Assembly: GCA_048882385.1 (NCBI GenBank)
Contig: JBHLRQ010000021.1
Location: 1-39,150 of the forward strand
DNA from: Candidatus Thorarchaeota archaeon
Lineage (GTDB): Archaea; Asgardarchaeota; Thorarchaeia; Thorarchaeales; Thorarchaeaceae
Length of the DNA: 39,150 nt
Direction of reading: 5' to 3'
In this document: piece by piece, positions 18,239-28,256 of the stretch
How positions within the stretch are numbered: the stretch's first letter is position 1
How the letters are laid out: each line of letters opens with the position of its first letter
Notes under the pieces: model-generated
Database searches by the model: none
Told to the model about the DNA's origin: nothing
What the model saw: the letters and a program-made list of their open reading frames with translations, nothing else
Made by a program: the position numbers and the translations under genes

Positions 18239-19099
18239 TTGACTGCATTATCCAATGATGACCAGAATCTATACGCAGCTGATAATCAAGGGAGAATCAC
18301 AATCTGGAAAAAATCCGAGTTATCAGAATCTCAATATATTCAAAGTCATAGTGCGACCTACCTGCAATCCCTTCATACGGACTCGGACTATCTGTATGGT
18401 GGATCAATCTGGGAAGACTGCACAATAGGAATCTATGATAAAAAATCTCTCGATGTCTTAGAAACATTGGATGGAGCCCATGGTACAATCTTCTGTCTGG
18501 TTTCAGATGACTCAAACTTGCTTTCTGGATCCGGAGATTCGAAAGTTGTGATTAGGAGCAAGATTGACTGGAGTGTCGTTGGATCCTTCAAAGGACAGAA
18601 ACATTTTGTGCTGTCTCTTGCAATCGACAGGGATTACATATACGCTGGTGGAATTGATGATTGCACCAATGTCTTTGCACGAGATAGTTTGAATCAAATC
18701 ACTTCTCTTGAGGGACATGACTCTAATGTTCTATCTTTGGCTGTTGATGATGATTTTCTTTACTCAGGATCTGGTGAGATATGGTGGGGCGGTCCCGGAT
18801 CACCTCGACCTCCAGAATTTGAGAGTTCCATCAGAGTTTGGGACAAAAAGGATTGGAGTTGCATATCTGTCCTTGAGGGTCATTCTGATAACGTGAACTC
18901 AATTGCAATCGACAACAAATATGTCTACTCGATATCTGATGATGCAACTTTGAGAATCTATTCGAAATCAGACTGGATAGAGATATTGTGTATTCAGGTT
19001 CCTGTGATGAGAATTGATGCTCTCACTATGGACAAAAGCTCTGTCTATATTGGGTGTTCAGATGGTTCTGTCCGTCAATTTCTGAAGGCTAGAATCTAG
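18239..19099 (+). CDS. WD40-repeat beta-propeller protein
   Basis: Repeats such as LEGHDSNVLSLAV..LYSGS..IRVWD and LEGHSDNVNSIAI..SISDDATLRIY. The frame is open upstream to 18179, so the start may be earlier. Confidence 0.9.
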   Translation: MTALSNDDQNLYAADNQGRITIWKKSELSESQYIQSHSATYLQSLHTDSDYLYGGSIWEDCTIGIYDKKSLDVLETLDGAHGTIFCLVSDDSNLLSGSGDSKVVIRSKIDWSVVGSFKGQKHFVLSLAIDRDYIYAGGIDDCTNVFARDSLNQITSLEGHDSNVLSLAVDDDFLYSGSGEIWWGGPGSPRPPEFESSIRVWDKKDWSCISVLEGHSDNVNSIAIDNKYVYSISDDATLRIYSKSDWIEILCIQVPVMRIDALTMDKSSVYIGCSDGSVRQFLKARI

Positions 19100-19100
19100 C

Positions 19101-19457
19101 CTAGAATCCAATTGGCTCAATAGGATGAAGGAATGCTTGAAACTCTAGTGCTCTTCCTTCCGGATCTTCTGCGAAGAATTGATAGATTTGATATCGTTCA
19201 TTCAACGTGGGTTTTGAAATTGAGATATTCTCAAGCAGATCATACATTGCATCAACATCTTCCTCTGTTGGATAGAAGAAGGTAATTAACCCCTCAACCT
19301 CTGCTATATCCCTATGACAAAAACCAAGCAGGAGATTACCTTGACTGAGGATGGTACAGTCCTCCTGCTCTAACCAGATGTGCATCCCAATGTCATTGAC
19401 ATAGAAGTCCACAATCTCCTCTAACATGGTTGTCTTGAAGAATACAATTCCTGCCAA
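19101..19457 (-). CDS. VOC/glyoxalase-family protein
   Basis: DFYVNDIGM and YQFFAEDPEGRALEF. Start TTG 19457 follows GGTGAG. Confidence 0.85.
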   Translation of the reverse strand: MAGIVFFKTTMLEEIVDFYVNDIGMHIWLEQEDCTILSQGNLLLGFCHRDIAEVEGLITFFYPTEEDVDAMYDLLENISISKPTLNERYQIYQFFAEDPEGRALEFQAFLHPIEPIGF

Positions 19458-19657
19458 TACACTCACCAATTGCATCAAAGAAGTACTTCTTGATATGTTT
19501 TGGGAGATGTGATATGTCTCAAAACCGCACATTGCATTTCGGGTTTGAGCTGTAAAAATCCTCTATCGTGTTAAATCCAGACCCTTTAGCTTCACGCAAA
19601 TAGATATCCTTTGCATTCTGCTTAGATACAGACAGAATTCAAAGGAGAACAGAAGAG

Positions 19658-19960
19658 GTGTCAATCAGACCTGGTAGAACCCCAAAGAGCACTTTTGAAA
19701 TCCTGAGTGCATTGATTACTGACGGTCCTATGTGTCCAAAAGAAATCAGTACAAAATTGGATATGGCGCCTCGCACAGTAAGCTTCGCTCTTCGTAAGCT
19801 GATGAGTGAGCAGATATTGCGAAGGATTCCAAATCTGAATGATATGAGGCGTCCGAAGTACCATGTGAATCTCGAAATGGCAAAGCAACTATTGGAGAAA
19901 TACAGAAACACAGAGCATATTGCACGTGTTTCGCCGCTTACTTGGAGAAAGTTGGCTTAA
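19658..19960 (+). CDS. Winged helix-turn-helix protein (MarR/ArsR-like), paralogue 1
   Basis: PKS..ILSAL..GPM.PKEI..RTVSFALRKL..IPNLNDMRRPKY. Confidence 0.8.
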   Translation: MSIRPGRTPKSTFEILSALITDGPMCPKEISTKLDMAPRTVSFALRKLMSEQILRRIPNLNDMRRPKYHVNLEMAKQLLEKYRNTEHIARVSPLTWRKLA

Positions 19961-19962
19961 GA

Positions 19963-21090
19963 CTAAATCCACTTGCCATAGAGTTCCAATCCTCGTGCCA
20001 CACGAGTCGCATGTGCCAAAATAAGCATCGAATCACTATCTAAGGAGGATGGTTCATAACCCTCTAGAGATTGCATTCGAGTATTCTTCAACAGATCGGT
20101 GACAAAATCAGAATCTACCTGTTGTTCATCAACAATGTGTCGAATCTCATTCAAACCCTGTAGTGCGTTATCTAAGAAGAATGCATGTGCTAGCCCTTTC
20201 AGAAACATGGTCAAATACTCTTGGGCTGAAGGTTCAAGCATCATACTGATATAACTGCAAATCTTTGGTCTTGCATCAAACGTGTTTTCGGTTTTGAAAT
20301 CTCCAGCTATCATCAGATCGAGTTGGCTGCTAAGGCTTGTATAAATGGGTTCAATCAGTTCGAAGATTCGTTCTATGAACTGCGTTTCCATTGAATGTTT
20401 ACTTAGTGTCCAGTCTATCTGGTTTGAGTTTAGAGTCAGAGTACTTCCAGCTTCAAGCACTGTATGAATTTTCTTTGTGGGCGGAGGAGCTAGACCAACA
20501 AGCACCGATAAGAGATCATGTCCACAACAATTGCAGATAGTTGCACCAATCACTGTTCGTTCAATGATTCCAAATGATTCTAAGGCATGTTCTTTTCCTT
20601 TTGCACGCCTCATTCTGACCCTACCATCTCTTAGGATGTGGACCTTGGTTTCCTCCATATCTCCCCATGCATATGCAAGCTCTTTGCTACAACGCATGTC
20701 CTGATATCTTGACGATACACAATCAAGAAGCCAACAGAGAATTACAGGATCCAAGACACTGAATCTCTGGGACGAACCAGGCTCTATACCATTGAAGATG
20801 CGCATCTCTGCCATGAGGAGTTCAGGCGCGTCCAAGCATGGCTTTGAAAGGAGTACACCTCCATCAGGTTGTTCTGGTGCTGGCTTGGTCACGTTACGTG
20901 AATCTGCAGCTAGATTTTCCAGTTCCTCTCGTCTTTCACTGTACCTTTCTAGTAGCAATATTGGACAACTTGTTACATCTACATTATCATGAACCAGAGA
21001 ACGAGCAAAAGCTGCACATGTCGGAAATCCGCAGAGACCACAATCTATCTCAGGTGTGTTTTTCCGAGCTTTTGTCCAGACACTACTCAT
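19963..21090 (-). CDS. Putative Fe-S cluster domain protein
   Basis: N-terminal PxxDCGxCGFPTCxxFA..CP motif (the FeS domain found in CdhE/RnfB-type proteins); further Cys motifs (PC, RCS, CNCCG). Start 21090 or 21114. Confidence 0.75.
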   Translation of the reverse strand: MSSVWTKARKNTPEIDCGLCGFPTCAAFARSLVHDNVDVTSCPILLLERYSERREELENLAADSRNVTKPAPEQPDGGVLLSKPCLDAPELLMAEMRIFNGIEPGSSQRFSVLDPVILCWLLDCVSSRYQDMRCSKELAYAWGDMEETKVHILRDGRVRMRRAKGKEHALESFGIIERTVIGATICNCCGHDLLSVLVGLAPPPTKKIHTVLEAGSTLTLNSNQIDWTLSKHSMETQFIERIFELIEPIYTSLSSQLDLMIAGDFKTENTFDARPKICSYISMMLEPSAQEYLTMFLKGLAHAFFLDNALQGLNEIRHIVDEQQVDSDFVTDLLKNTRMQSLEGYEPSSLDSDSMLILAHATRVARGLELYGKWI

Positions 21091-21318
21091 TCCATCGCCT
21101 CTAATTCTAGCCAATAAACTTCATTATTCTACCAAAAACTGAACTTCAGAAGTCCTAGTATATCTAAAAAACACGATGTCTTAGGCCATTTTCACTCGTT
21201 GTAAAATTCGGAAGCTATTGTGTCATAAAAATACTCGATACCTATCATAAGTTCGAATAATTCAGAATCATGGACGTCGCATGCATACAAAACCATTTTT
21301 CGAGTTTCATGAATAGCG

Positions 21319-21585
21319 GTGGATATTTTGAAATCAATGATACGACTTCCAAAAAGTGCTATTCGAATACTCACGTTCCTGACTAAGAGTGGCCCTCTTC
21401 CTCCTCGAGTGATTAGCAAAGAAGCAGAGGTCCCACTAAGAACTGTTACGTTTGCATTGGATCGATTGGTCGAAACTGATCTTTGTGAGAAGATACCAAA
21501 TTTGGGAGATATGAGAAGAACACTCTATGTGGTCAATCATGAGAACGCAAAGGCAGTGTTTAGTCGCTACGGTTTGGTGGTCTGA
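21319..21585 (+). CDS. Winged helix-turn-helix protein, paralogue 2
   Basis: PKS..ILTFL..GPL.PRVI..RTVTFALDRL..IPNLGDMRRTLY; aligns by eye with 19658-19960. Confidence 0.8.
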   Translation: MDILKSMIRLPKSAIRILTFLTKSGPLPPRVISKEAEVPLRTVTFALDRLVETDLCEKIPNLGDMRRTLYVVNHENAKAVFSRYGLVV

Positions 21586-21980
21586 TGATTTCACGCCTGG
21601 AACTAAAGATGCGATGGCAAGAAGCGTTTAGTGGACCACTTGACACTGAAGAAGAGGAGGATGTATCAGTTCTGTGCGAAACTGAATGGATTCGGATTCT
21701 TGCGGTGAGGAATAATGAAACTCCCGAGGTCCGAAGAATCGAAGTTGAAGTTTCTCTCCCTCCTCAATCAAATGTAGGCACTCCTGATGATATTGTTGGT
21801 GGAGATGTTCGGATATTTGTGCAGAATCTTATCAGGCATTTGGAATATCTCCTACAACTCGACGAAGCAGGACTCACCCTTGGAGTTTTGCCGAGGGATG
21901 GTATTTACACAGCATACTTGGAGTTAGAAAATATACCTCCAGACTCAATGTTTGATGCACTCCTCCCTCCGAAACTATGA
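21585..21980 (+). CDS. Hypothetical protein, translationally coupled to the wHTH gene
   Basis: TGATG stop/start overlap; 131 aa, acidic, alpha/beta pattern. Confidence 0.7.
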   Translation: MISRLELKMRWQEAFSGPLDTEEEEDVSVLCETEWIRILAVRNNETPEVRRIEVEVSLPPQSNVGTPDDIVGGDVRIFVQNLIRHLEYLLQLDEAGLTLGVLPRDGIYTAYLELENIPPDSMFDALLPPKL

Positions 21981-22053
21981 CAATCAAATCTTACAGCCGA
22001 CTTGTTTATGAAGGACAGCATCCATGAACAAAACATAGATTGGATGTGGTTCC

Positions 22054-24075
22054 ATGGGTTTCAATGTTTCGAACGCTATGACAACAAGCCTGTCCTCAGA
22101 ACTTCCTCCTGAACCTGTGTTTGATCCGCAGTACAGACGGGCACCCAGTAGAGGCTTCAGCTTGAGTCCTTCTGAAACTGTCGTGGCTGTGAAGAATGCA
22201 CTTAGATATGTTCCTGAAAATCTTCACGAAACCCTAGCTCCTGAATTTCTTGAAGAACTCATAACAAGGGGCAGGATCTATGGATATCGGTATCGTCCTA
22301 TTGGTCCGATAAAAGCCAAACCTGTTGATGAGTATAAAGGATTTCTTGAAACTCGAGCCCTCCAGTTGATGATCGATAACAATCTCGACTTTGATGTTGC
22401 TCTGTATCCATATGAATTAGTGACATATGGAGAAAGTGGGCAGGTTTGTCAGAATTGGATGCAGTATCAACTGATTATGAAGTACCTGCAAATAATGACC
22501 AATGAACAGACTCTGGTTGTGAGCTCTGGACATCCAGTTGGACTTTTTCCCTCTCATCAAAATGCTCCTCGTGCAATCACTACGAATGGTCTTATGGTGG
22601 GTATGTTCGACAATCTAGATGGATTCCATCATGCAGCACAAATGGGAGTTGCAAACTACGGTCAGATGACTGCAGGTGGTTGGATGTATATTGGTCCACA
22701 AGGAATTGTTCATGGAACCTACATCACACTTCTCAATGCGGGAAGAATGTACCTTGGAATTCCAGAAGACAAAGATCTCCGAGGTAGAGTGTTTCTGACC
22801 TCCGGTCTTGGAGGAATGAGTGGTGCACAGGCTAAGGCTGTTGAGATAGCAGGCGGAATTGGCATCATTGCAGAGGTTGACAAGAGCAGAATCGACACCA
22901 GAAGTGAACAAGGCTGGCTTAATAGGTACTCAGGGGATTTAGAAGAGATTTTTCATTGGGTAGAACAGTTCCGAGAAAAGAAGGAGCCTATATCAATAGG
23001 ATACTATGGGAATGTCGTTGATCTCTGGCAATATGTGGTTGATTATGACATATCGATCGAGCTGGCATCAGATCAGACTTCTTGCCATGATGTCTATGGT
23101 GGTGGATACACTCCTCAAGGAATTACTTTCAAGAAAGGTAGAAACCTACTCAAGAATGATCGAGACAAATTCCATGAACTAGTAGACAAATCCCTCCGGA
23201 AGCAGTTCGAACTGATTGAATTGATGACACAGCGAGGGACACACTTTTGGGATTATGGAAACAGCTTCATGAAAGCTGTGTTTGATGCTGGAGTAAAGAG
23301 GATCACAAAGAACGGTGAGAACACATCGGATGGCTTCATCTTTCCATCATATGTGGAAGACATAATGGGACCACTTTGTTTTGATTATGGGTATGGCCCA
23401 TTTCGCTGGGTATGCCTAAGTGGAATCCATGATGATTTAGTGGTGACCGACAAAGCTGCAATGTTTCAAATTGATCCTGAGCGACGTGGGCAGGATCGAG
23501 ATAATTACATCTGGATTAGAGATGCTGAGAAGAATGCACTTGTCGTTGGTTCTAAAGCCAGAATACTTTATGCTGATGCCCAAGGTCGTGTTAATATCGC
23601 TTTGGAGTTTAATAGATTGGTTCGAGAACGAAAGGTAGGTCCGATTATGCTTGGCAGAGACCATCATGATACAGGTGGAACTGATAGTCCTTTTAGAGAA
23701 ACTGCAAACATTCGAGATGGAAGTAATATCATGAGTGACATGGCTCATCAGGCTTGGGCTGGTGATATAGCTAGAGGAATGACACTTTGTGTCCTATCGA
23801 ATGGAGGTGGCGTTGGTACTGGCAAAGCTATCAATGGCGGATTTGGACTAGTTCTTGATGGAAGTAAACGAGTAGACAACATAATCCGATCTGCATTGGA
23901 CTGGGATGTTATGGGTGGAGTTGCACGTCGTGCTTGGGCTAGAAATGAAAATGCAATTGAAACCGCGATTGAATGGAATAAACGGTTGGGTGATAAAGGT
24001 CAAATCTCTCTGCCATTCATTCCAAATAAGGGACTGGTTGAAGACCTGGTGGAGAAAACTCTCGGTCCAAGCTAG
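22054..24075 (+). CDS. hutU: Urocanate hydratase (long, UROC1-like form)
   Basis: GQMTAGGWMYIGPQGIVHGT, GLGGMSGAQ, SDQTSCH, GPFRW, GRDHHD..DSPFRET; 673 aa. Confidence 0.96.
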   Translation: MGFNVSNAMTTSLSSELPPEPVFDPQYRRAPSRGFSLSPSETVVAVKNALRYVPENLHETLAPEFLEELITRGRIYGYRYRPIGPIKAKPVDEYKGFLETRALQLMIDNNLDFDVALYPYELVTYGESGQVCQNWMQYQLIMKYLQIMTNEQTLVVSSGHPVGLFPSHQNAPRAITTNGLMVGMFDNLDGFHHAAQMGVANYGQMTAGGWMYIGPQGIVHGTYITLLNAGRMYLGIPEDKDLRGRVFLTSGLGGMSGAQAKAVEIAGGIGIIAEVDKSRIDTRSEQGWLNRYSGDLEEIFHWVEQFREKKEPISIGYYGNVVDLWQYVVDYDISIELASDQTSCHDVYGGGYTPQGITFKKGRNLLKNDRDKFHELVDKSLRKQFELIELMTQRGTHFWDYGNSFMKAVFDAGVKRITKNGENTSDGFIFPSYVEDIMGPLCFDYGYGPFRWVCLSGIHDDLVVTDKAAMFQIDPERRGQDRDNYIWIRDAEKNALVVGSKARILYADAQGRVNIALEFNRLVRERKVGPIMLGRDHHDTGGTDSPFRETANIRDGSNIMSDMAHQAWAGDIARGMTLCVLSNGGGVGTGKAINGGFGLVLDGSKRVDNIIRSALDWDVMGGVARRAWARNENAIETAIEWNKRLGDKGQISLPFIPNKGLVEDLVEKTLGPS

Positions 24076-24164
24076 GACCATCGATAACTACTAAAGAGAC
24101 GGGCTGAGAACACCATCGGGCTATGACCAAGAAGGTCAACTCCACTTCAGAGCGGGTGTATTTC

Positions 24165-25697
24165 ATGACTGTCTTGATTGATGGTGAAAGTCTCACGATA
24201 GAGGATGTTGTGAAGGTTGCGCGTCAAAACGAGTCTGTCAAACTCGATGACTCAGTGTTGTCACGAATTCAAAGCAGCCGCGATGTGGTTGATGCAGCAA
24301 TCCGCGATGGAACGGTAATCTATGGTGTCAATACAGGTTTTGGCGAGCTAGCAAATGTGTCAATCAATAGGGAAGACCTAGCTTCTCTTCAGGTTAATCT
24401 GATTCGTAGTCACAGCGTTGGAGTTGGTCCAGCCTTTTCATGTGAAGTCGTTCGAGGTATGATGCTTCTAAGAGCAAATGCACTAGCAAAAGGATACTCT
24501 GGTGTTCGAACCGAGATCATAGAAATCCTACTTGAGATGCTAAACAAGGATGTGACACCCCTAGTTCCCCAACAGGGCTCAGTGGGCTCAAGCGGCGATC
24601 TAGCTCCTTTAGCTCATATGGCATTAGTGTTAATCGGAGAAGGTGAGGCATATTATAATGGAAAGCTACTCAGCGGAAAAGACGCTTTGAAAAAAGCTGG
24701 TCTCAAACCAGTTGTTCTTGAAGCTAAAGAGGGAGTTGCTCTCATAAACGGTACTCAACCCATGAGTGCTGTAGGGGTCCTTACAGTATATGATGCTTTG
24801 AATCTGATTACTGATGCATCAATTGCTGCATCTATGAGTTTGGAAGCACTTCGTGGAACCCGTGTTGCATCCGATGAAAGGATACAATCGGTCAGACCAC
24901 ACGAGGGGCAATCAGACGTTGCACAAGCTCTCAGAGAGATTCTCAGAGATAGCGAAATCAATCAATCGCATGTAGATTGCGGAAAAGTGCAGGATGCATA
25001 TTCCCTCAGATGTATCCCCCAGGTACTTGGAGCCTCTCTTGATGCGATTAGATATGTCTATAGCATTCTTGAGACAGAGATTAACTCTGCTACTGACAAT
25101 CCCCTTGTATTCGGAGATGATGGAGTTGTTCTATCTGGAGGAAATTTCCATGGACAACCAGTTGCACTAGCAATGGATTTCCTGGGAATAGCAATCTCTG
25201 AAATAGCCAATATTTCTGAAAGACGAATCAATCGACTAGTCAATCCTCATCTTAGTGAACTTCCCGCATTTCTCACCACTGAAGGAGGACTAGAGTCAGG
25301 TATGATGATCGCTCAATACACTGCTGCAGCATTAGTTTCTGAGAATAAAGTTCTAGCTCATCCTGCAAGTATTGATTCCATTCCAACTAGTGGCGATCAA
25401 GAAGATCATGTTAGTATGGGTACGATAGCTGCAAGAAAGGCGTCTAATATTCTTGAGAATGCACAAAATGTTGTCGCCATCGAATACATGTGCGCGTGTC
25501 AGGGAATCGACTATCTTGCTCCACTAAAACCCTCAGAACCTCTCCAGAGGGCTCATTCTGCAATACGAAAGGCTGTTTCTAAACTAGAAGATGATAGACC
25601 TCTCGCACCAGATATTGTGAAAATTAGAGATCTGCTATCATCTGGCACAATTATATCCGCAGTGGAATCGGTCACTGGCTCTCTATTTGATAGCTAA
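24165..25697 (+). CDS. hutH: Histidine ammonia-lyase
   Basis: YGVNTGFG, NLIRSH, GSVGSSGDLAPL, QDAYSLRC, DNP, GGNFHG, QEDHVSMG. Start 24165 or 24123. Confidence 0.95.
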   Translation: MTVLIDGESLTIEDVVKVARQNESVKLDDSVLSRIQSSRDVVDAAIRDGTVIYGVNTGFGELANVSINREDLASLQVNLIRSHSVGVGPAFSCEVVRGMMLLRANALAKGYSGVRTEIIEILLEMLNKDVTPLVPQQGSVGSSGDLAPLAHMALVLIGEGEAYYNGKLLSGKDALKKAGLKPVVLEAKEGVALINGTQPMSAVGVLTVYDALNLITDASIAASMSLEALRGTRVASDERIQSVRPHEGQSDVAQALREILRDSEINQSHVDCGKVQDAYSLRCIPQVLGASLDAIRYVYSILETEINSATDNPLVFGDDGVVLSGGNFHGQPVALAMDFLGIAISEIANISERRINRLVNPHLSELPAFLTTEGGLESGMMIAQYTAAALVSENKVLAHPASIDSIPTSGDQEDHVSMGTIAARKASNILENAQNVVAIEYMCACQGIDYLAPLKPSEPLQRAHSAIRKAVSKLEDDRPLAPDIVKIRDLLSSGTIISAVESVTGSLFDS

Positions 25698-26959
25698 GGT
25701 CCAAGTCTTGTATGCACGACCTGTCCCTTTGATATGACTGTATGAACAAGATTAGCACCAAATCTCCAAGTAAGATATTCTGGATTTGGGCATTCAAGAA
25801 TTAGAATGTCTGCAAATTTGCCTGCTTCTATACTACCATGTGTTGTACTTCTATCTACTGCATGAGCCGCATTGATTGTTATGGCTGTGAGTGCCTCTCT
25901 GGGCTGCATTTTCATTTTGTAGCACGCAAGAGCAATTGTGAAGAAGAGTGATTCATTTGCACAATTTGGATTGAAATCTGTAGCCAAAGCAACCGGAAGT
26001 CCCATTTCAATCATTTCTCGGGCATTTGCATAATCTGTGTCAAGACTGAAAGCTGTCGCAGGAAGTAGTGTGGCAACGGTCCCTGCTTTGAGCATATCTT
26101 CCAATCCATCATCTGATGACATCAAAAGATGGTCTGCAGAAATTGCTCCTACTTCTGCGGCAAGACTCGCTCCTCCTAATTGCACAATCTCATCTGCATG
26201 GACCTTCAGTTTCAATCCGCTGTCTTTAGCGGCAAGAAGGACTCTTCGAGATTGTTCGATATCGAAAACTCCTTCCTCACAGAACACATCACAAAATTCT
26301 GCTAGATTTTTATCAGCTACTGCTGGAATCATTTCGTTCACAACGAGATCTACATATTCCTCAGTCTTACCTTCATATTCGGGAGGTACAGCATGTGCCC
26401 CCATGAATGTAGATACAAAGTTGATTGGAAGCTTTGTCCGCAGATTCTCTAAGGACCTAAGCATCTTCAATTCATTCTCGGTATCTAGGCCATATCCGCT
26501 TTTTCCCTCTACTGTGGTCGTTCCCAAGCTCAGCATACTCTCAGCATAAGAGAATGCCGTACTCTCGAGTTCTTTTTGGGTAGCTGAACGAGTTGATTGA
26601 AGCGTGTTCAGAATTCCTCCACCTGATTTCAGTATCTCGAGATAGGTCTTCCCAGCCAATTTCATTGAAAAATCGTTCTCTCTGGAACCTCCAAATACTA
26701 GGTGTGTGTGACTATCAACAAAGCCCGGAACTGCTAGCATACCTGGAAACTCTAAAGCTGGAAGTTCTGGTTCCTGAGAAATCTGAGAAAGAATCTCCTC
26801 TGTCTGACCTACAGCGATAATTCTCCCATCTTTGATTGCAATGGCGCCATTTTCGATGATAGACAGTTCGGTCATTTCTACTCCTGTTTTAGGCTTCTCG
26901 CTATGCCCTTCTAGAGTAGCAACCTGTCCAATATTAGTCAAGAGAACATCAGGCTTCAT
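25694..26959 (-). CDS. hutI: Imidazolonepropionase
   Basis: PGFVDSHTHLVFGG, GGGI, KSGYGL, GAHA, DVFCE, HADE, SADHL, ATDFNP. Confidence 0.95.
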   Translation of the reverse strand: MKPDVLLTNIGQVATLEGHSEKPKTGVEMTELSIIENGAIAIKDGRIIAVGQTEEILSQISQEPELPALEFPGMLAVPGFVDSHTHLVFGGSRENDFSMKLAGKTYLEILKSGGGILNTLQSTRSATQKELESTAFSYAESMLSLGTTTVEGKSGYGLDTENELKMLRSLENLRTKLPINFVSTFMGAHAVPPEYEGKTEEYVDLVVNEMIPAVADKNLAEFCDVFCEEGVFDIEQSRRVLLAAKDSGLKLKVHADEIVQLGGASLAAEVGAISADHLLMSSDDGLEDMLKAGTVATLLPATAFSLDTDYANAREMIEMGLPVALATDFNPNCANESLFFTIALACYKMKMQPREALTAITINAAHAVDRSTTHGSIEAGKFADILILECPNPEYLTWRFGANLVHTVISKGQVVHTRLGP

Positions 26960-27077
26960 ACTCCTCACTTCAATACCAAATACGGCCCCTCTGATTTAAC
27001 TTGCGTTCACTACTATCAGACGGATTAATTAGGAACAGGGGTCCGATTCTCATAAGGGTATATCGAGGCACAATGAT

Positions 27078-27659
27078 ATGGAATATCTGATTCTAAGCTG
27101 GAGTGATGTCTATAATCTTACACTTCAACTCTCTGAAAGGATTGTAGTTAGTGGCTTCAAACCAGATGTCATCGTCGGAATTGCACGTGGAGGTTGGATT
27201 CCAGCCCGAATCCTTTCAGACGTTCTCTATATGGAGTCTCTGCAGAATATTCGCATTGAATACTATACAGACGTGGGTGAGAAAGGCAAGGAACCAAAAA
27301 TAACACAACCGCTGACAGGATCATTGGCAGGTAAGAATGTTCTTCTTATCGATGAGGTTGCTGATACAGGTGACACTCTAAGCCACGCAATTGACCACAT
27401 TAGAAGTTTCGGAATAGCAGAAGTCCGTTCAGCAGTTCTTCATTACAAGCCTAGCTCAATAGTAATACCTGATTTCTACATGGTTGAAACCACAAAGTGG
27501 ATTGTTTATCCTTGGGAGAATCGTGCATCCATCATTTCACTTGTCAAATTGTTTCGTGAAGAGGACACGAGTCTCACAATGAAACAGATACGTGATCGAC
27601 TTGTGTTTGAAGTGGGATTTGAACCGACAGTGGCCGACTATTTCATGAAACGTCTGTAA
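27078..27659 (+). CDS. Purine phosphoribosyltransferase (archaeal xanthine/guanine PRTase-like)
   Basis: IARGG, PRPP loop LLIDEVADTGDTL, WIVYPWE. Confidence 0.9.
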   Translation: MEYLILSWSDVYNLTLQLSERIVVSGFKPDVIVGIARGGWIPARILSDVLYMESLQNIRIEYYTDVGEKGKEPKITQPLTGSLAGKNVLLIDEVADTGDTLSHAIDHIRSFGIAEVRSAVLHYKPSSIVIPDFYMVETTKWIVYPWENRASIISLVKLFREEDTSLTMKQIRDRLVFEVGFEPTVADYFMKRL

Positions 27660-27674
27660 AGTGAGGTAAAACTG

Positions 27675-28256
27675 TTGAGAATAGAGATGTTGAAATCCAA
27701 TGATTATGCTAGTGTTGTTGGTTTTTCAGAAATTCAGAATTCCAACAGACTCAACCAAAACGAGCTTATTGACCTTGCAAAATCCCTGTCTACTGACTCA
27801 TTAACTGTGCAGCTAATGAACGGTTTGCTAATTGCCGATGACATTCACCTTCTATCAGCGGCGCAGAATGCTGTAAATGCATTCAGTGGAAACTATATGC
27901 TTTCTAGAAGTTTCGATGTCGAAATCATTGTATATGCATCTGCACAGCGTCAGATTGGGAAGGCTTTGGAAGAATTTGGTGTCCATGATGATATAGTTCA
28001 CATAGCTGCTATGGTGATTGGTGCAGACAGGAGCTCAGTTACCGATACTCTAGGCGAGATAACCAAAACGATTGGAAAGGAATTTTCAACTCCTTTCGAA
28101 GCAAGTAAAGAGAGATTCGAACGAGTCAAGAAATACTTCGACATAGATGACAAGGAAATCAGCGTATTTTCTGATTCGACTGATATGATTGAACGCCAAA
28201 AAGCACTCGCCAAATGCGTTGTTAGTAGGGTTTCGTTGGTTGCAATTGAAGGTTAG
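27675..28256 (+). CDS. cgi121: KEOPS complex subunit Cgi121
   Basis: VQLMN..HL..A..A..SRSFDVEIIVYASAQRQIGKAL..FGV signature. Confidence 0.9.
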   Translation: MRIEMLKSNDYASVVGFSEIQNSNRLNQNELIDLAKSLSTDSLTVQLMNGLLIADDIHLLSAAQNAVNAFSGNYMLSRSFDVEIIVYASAQRQIGKALEEFGVHDDIVHIAAMVIGADRSSVTDTLGEITKTIGKEFSTPFEASKERFERVKKYFDIDDKEISVFSDSTDMIERQKALAKCVVSRVSLVAIEG

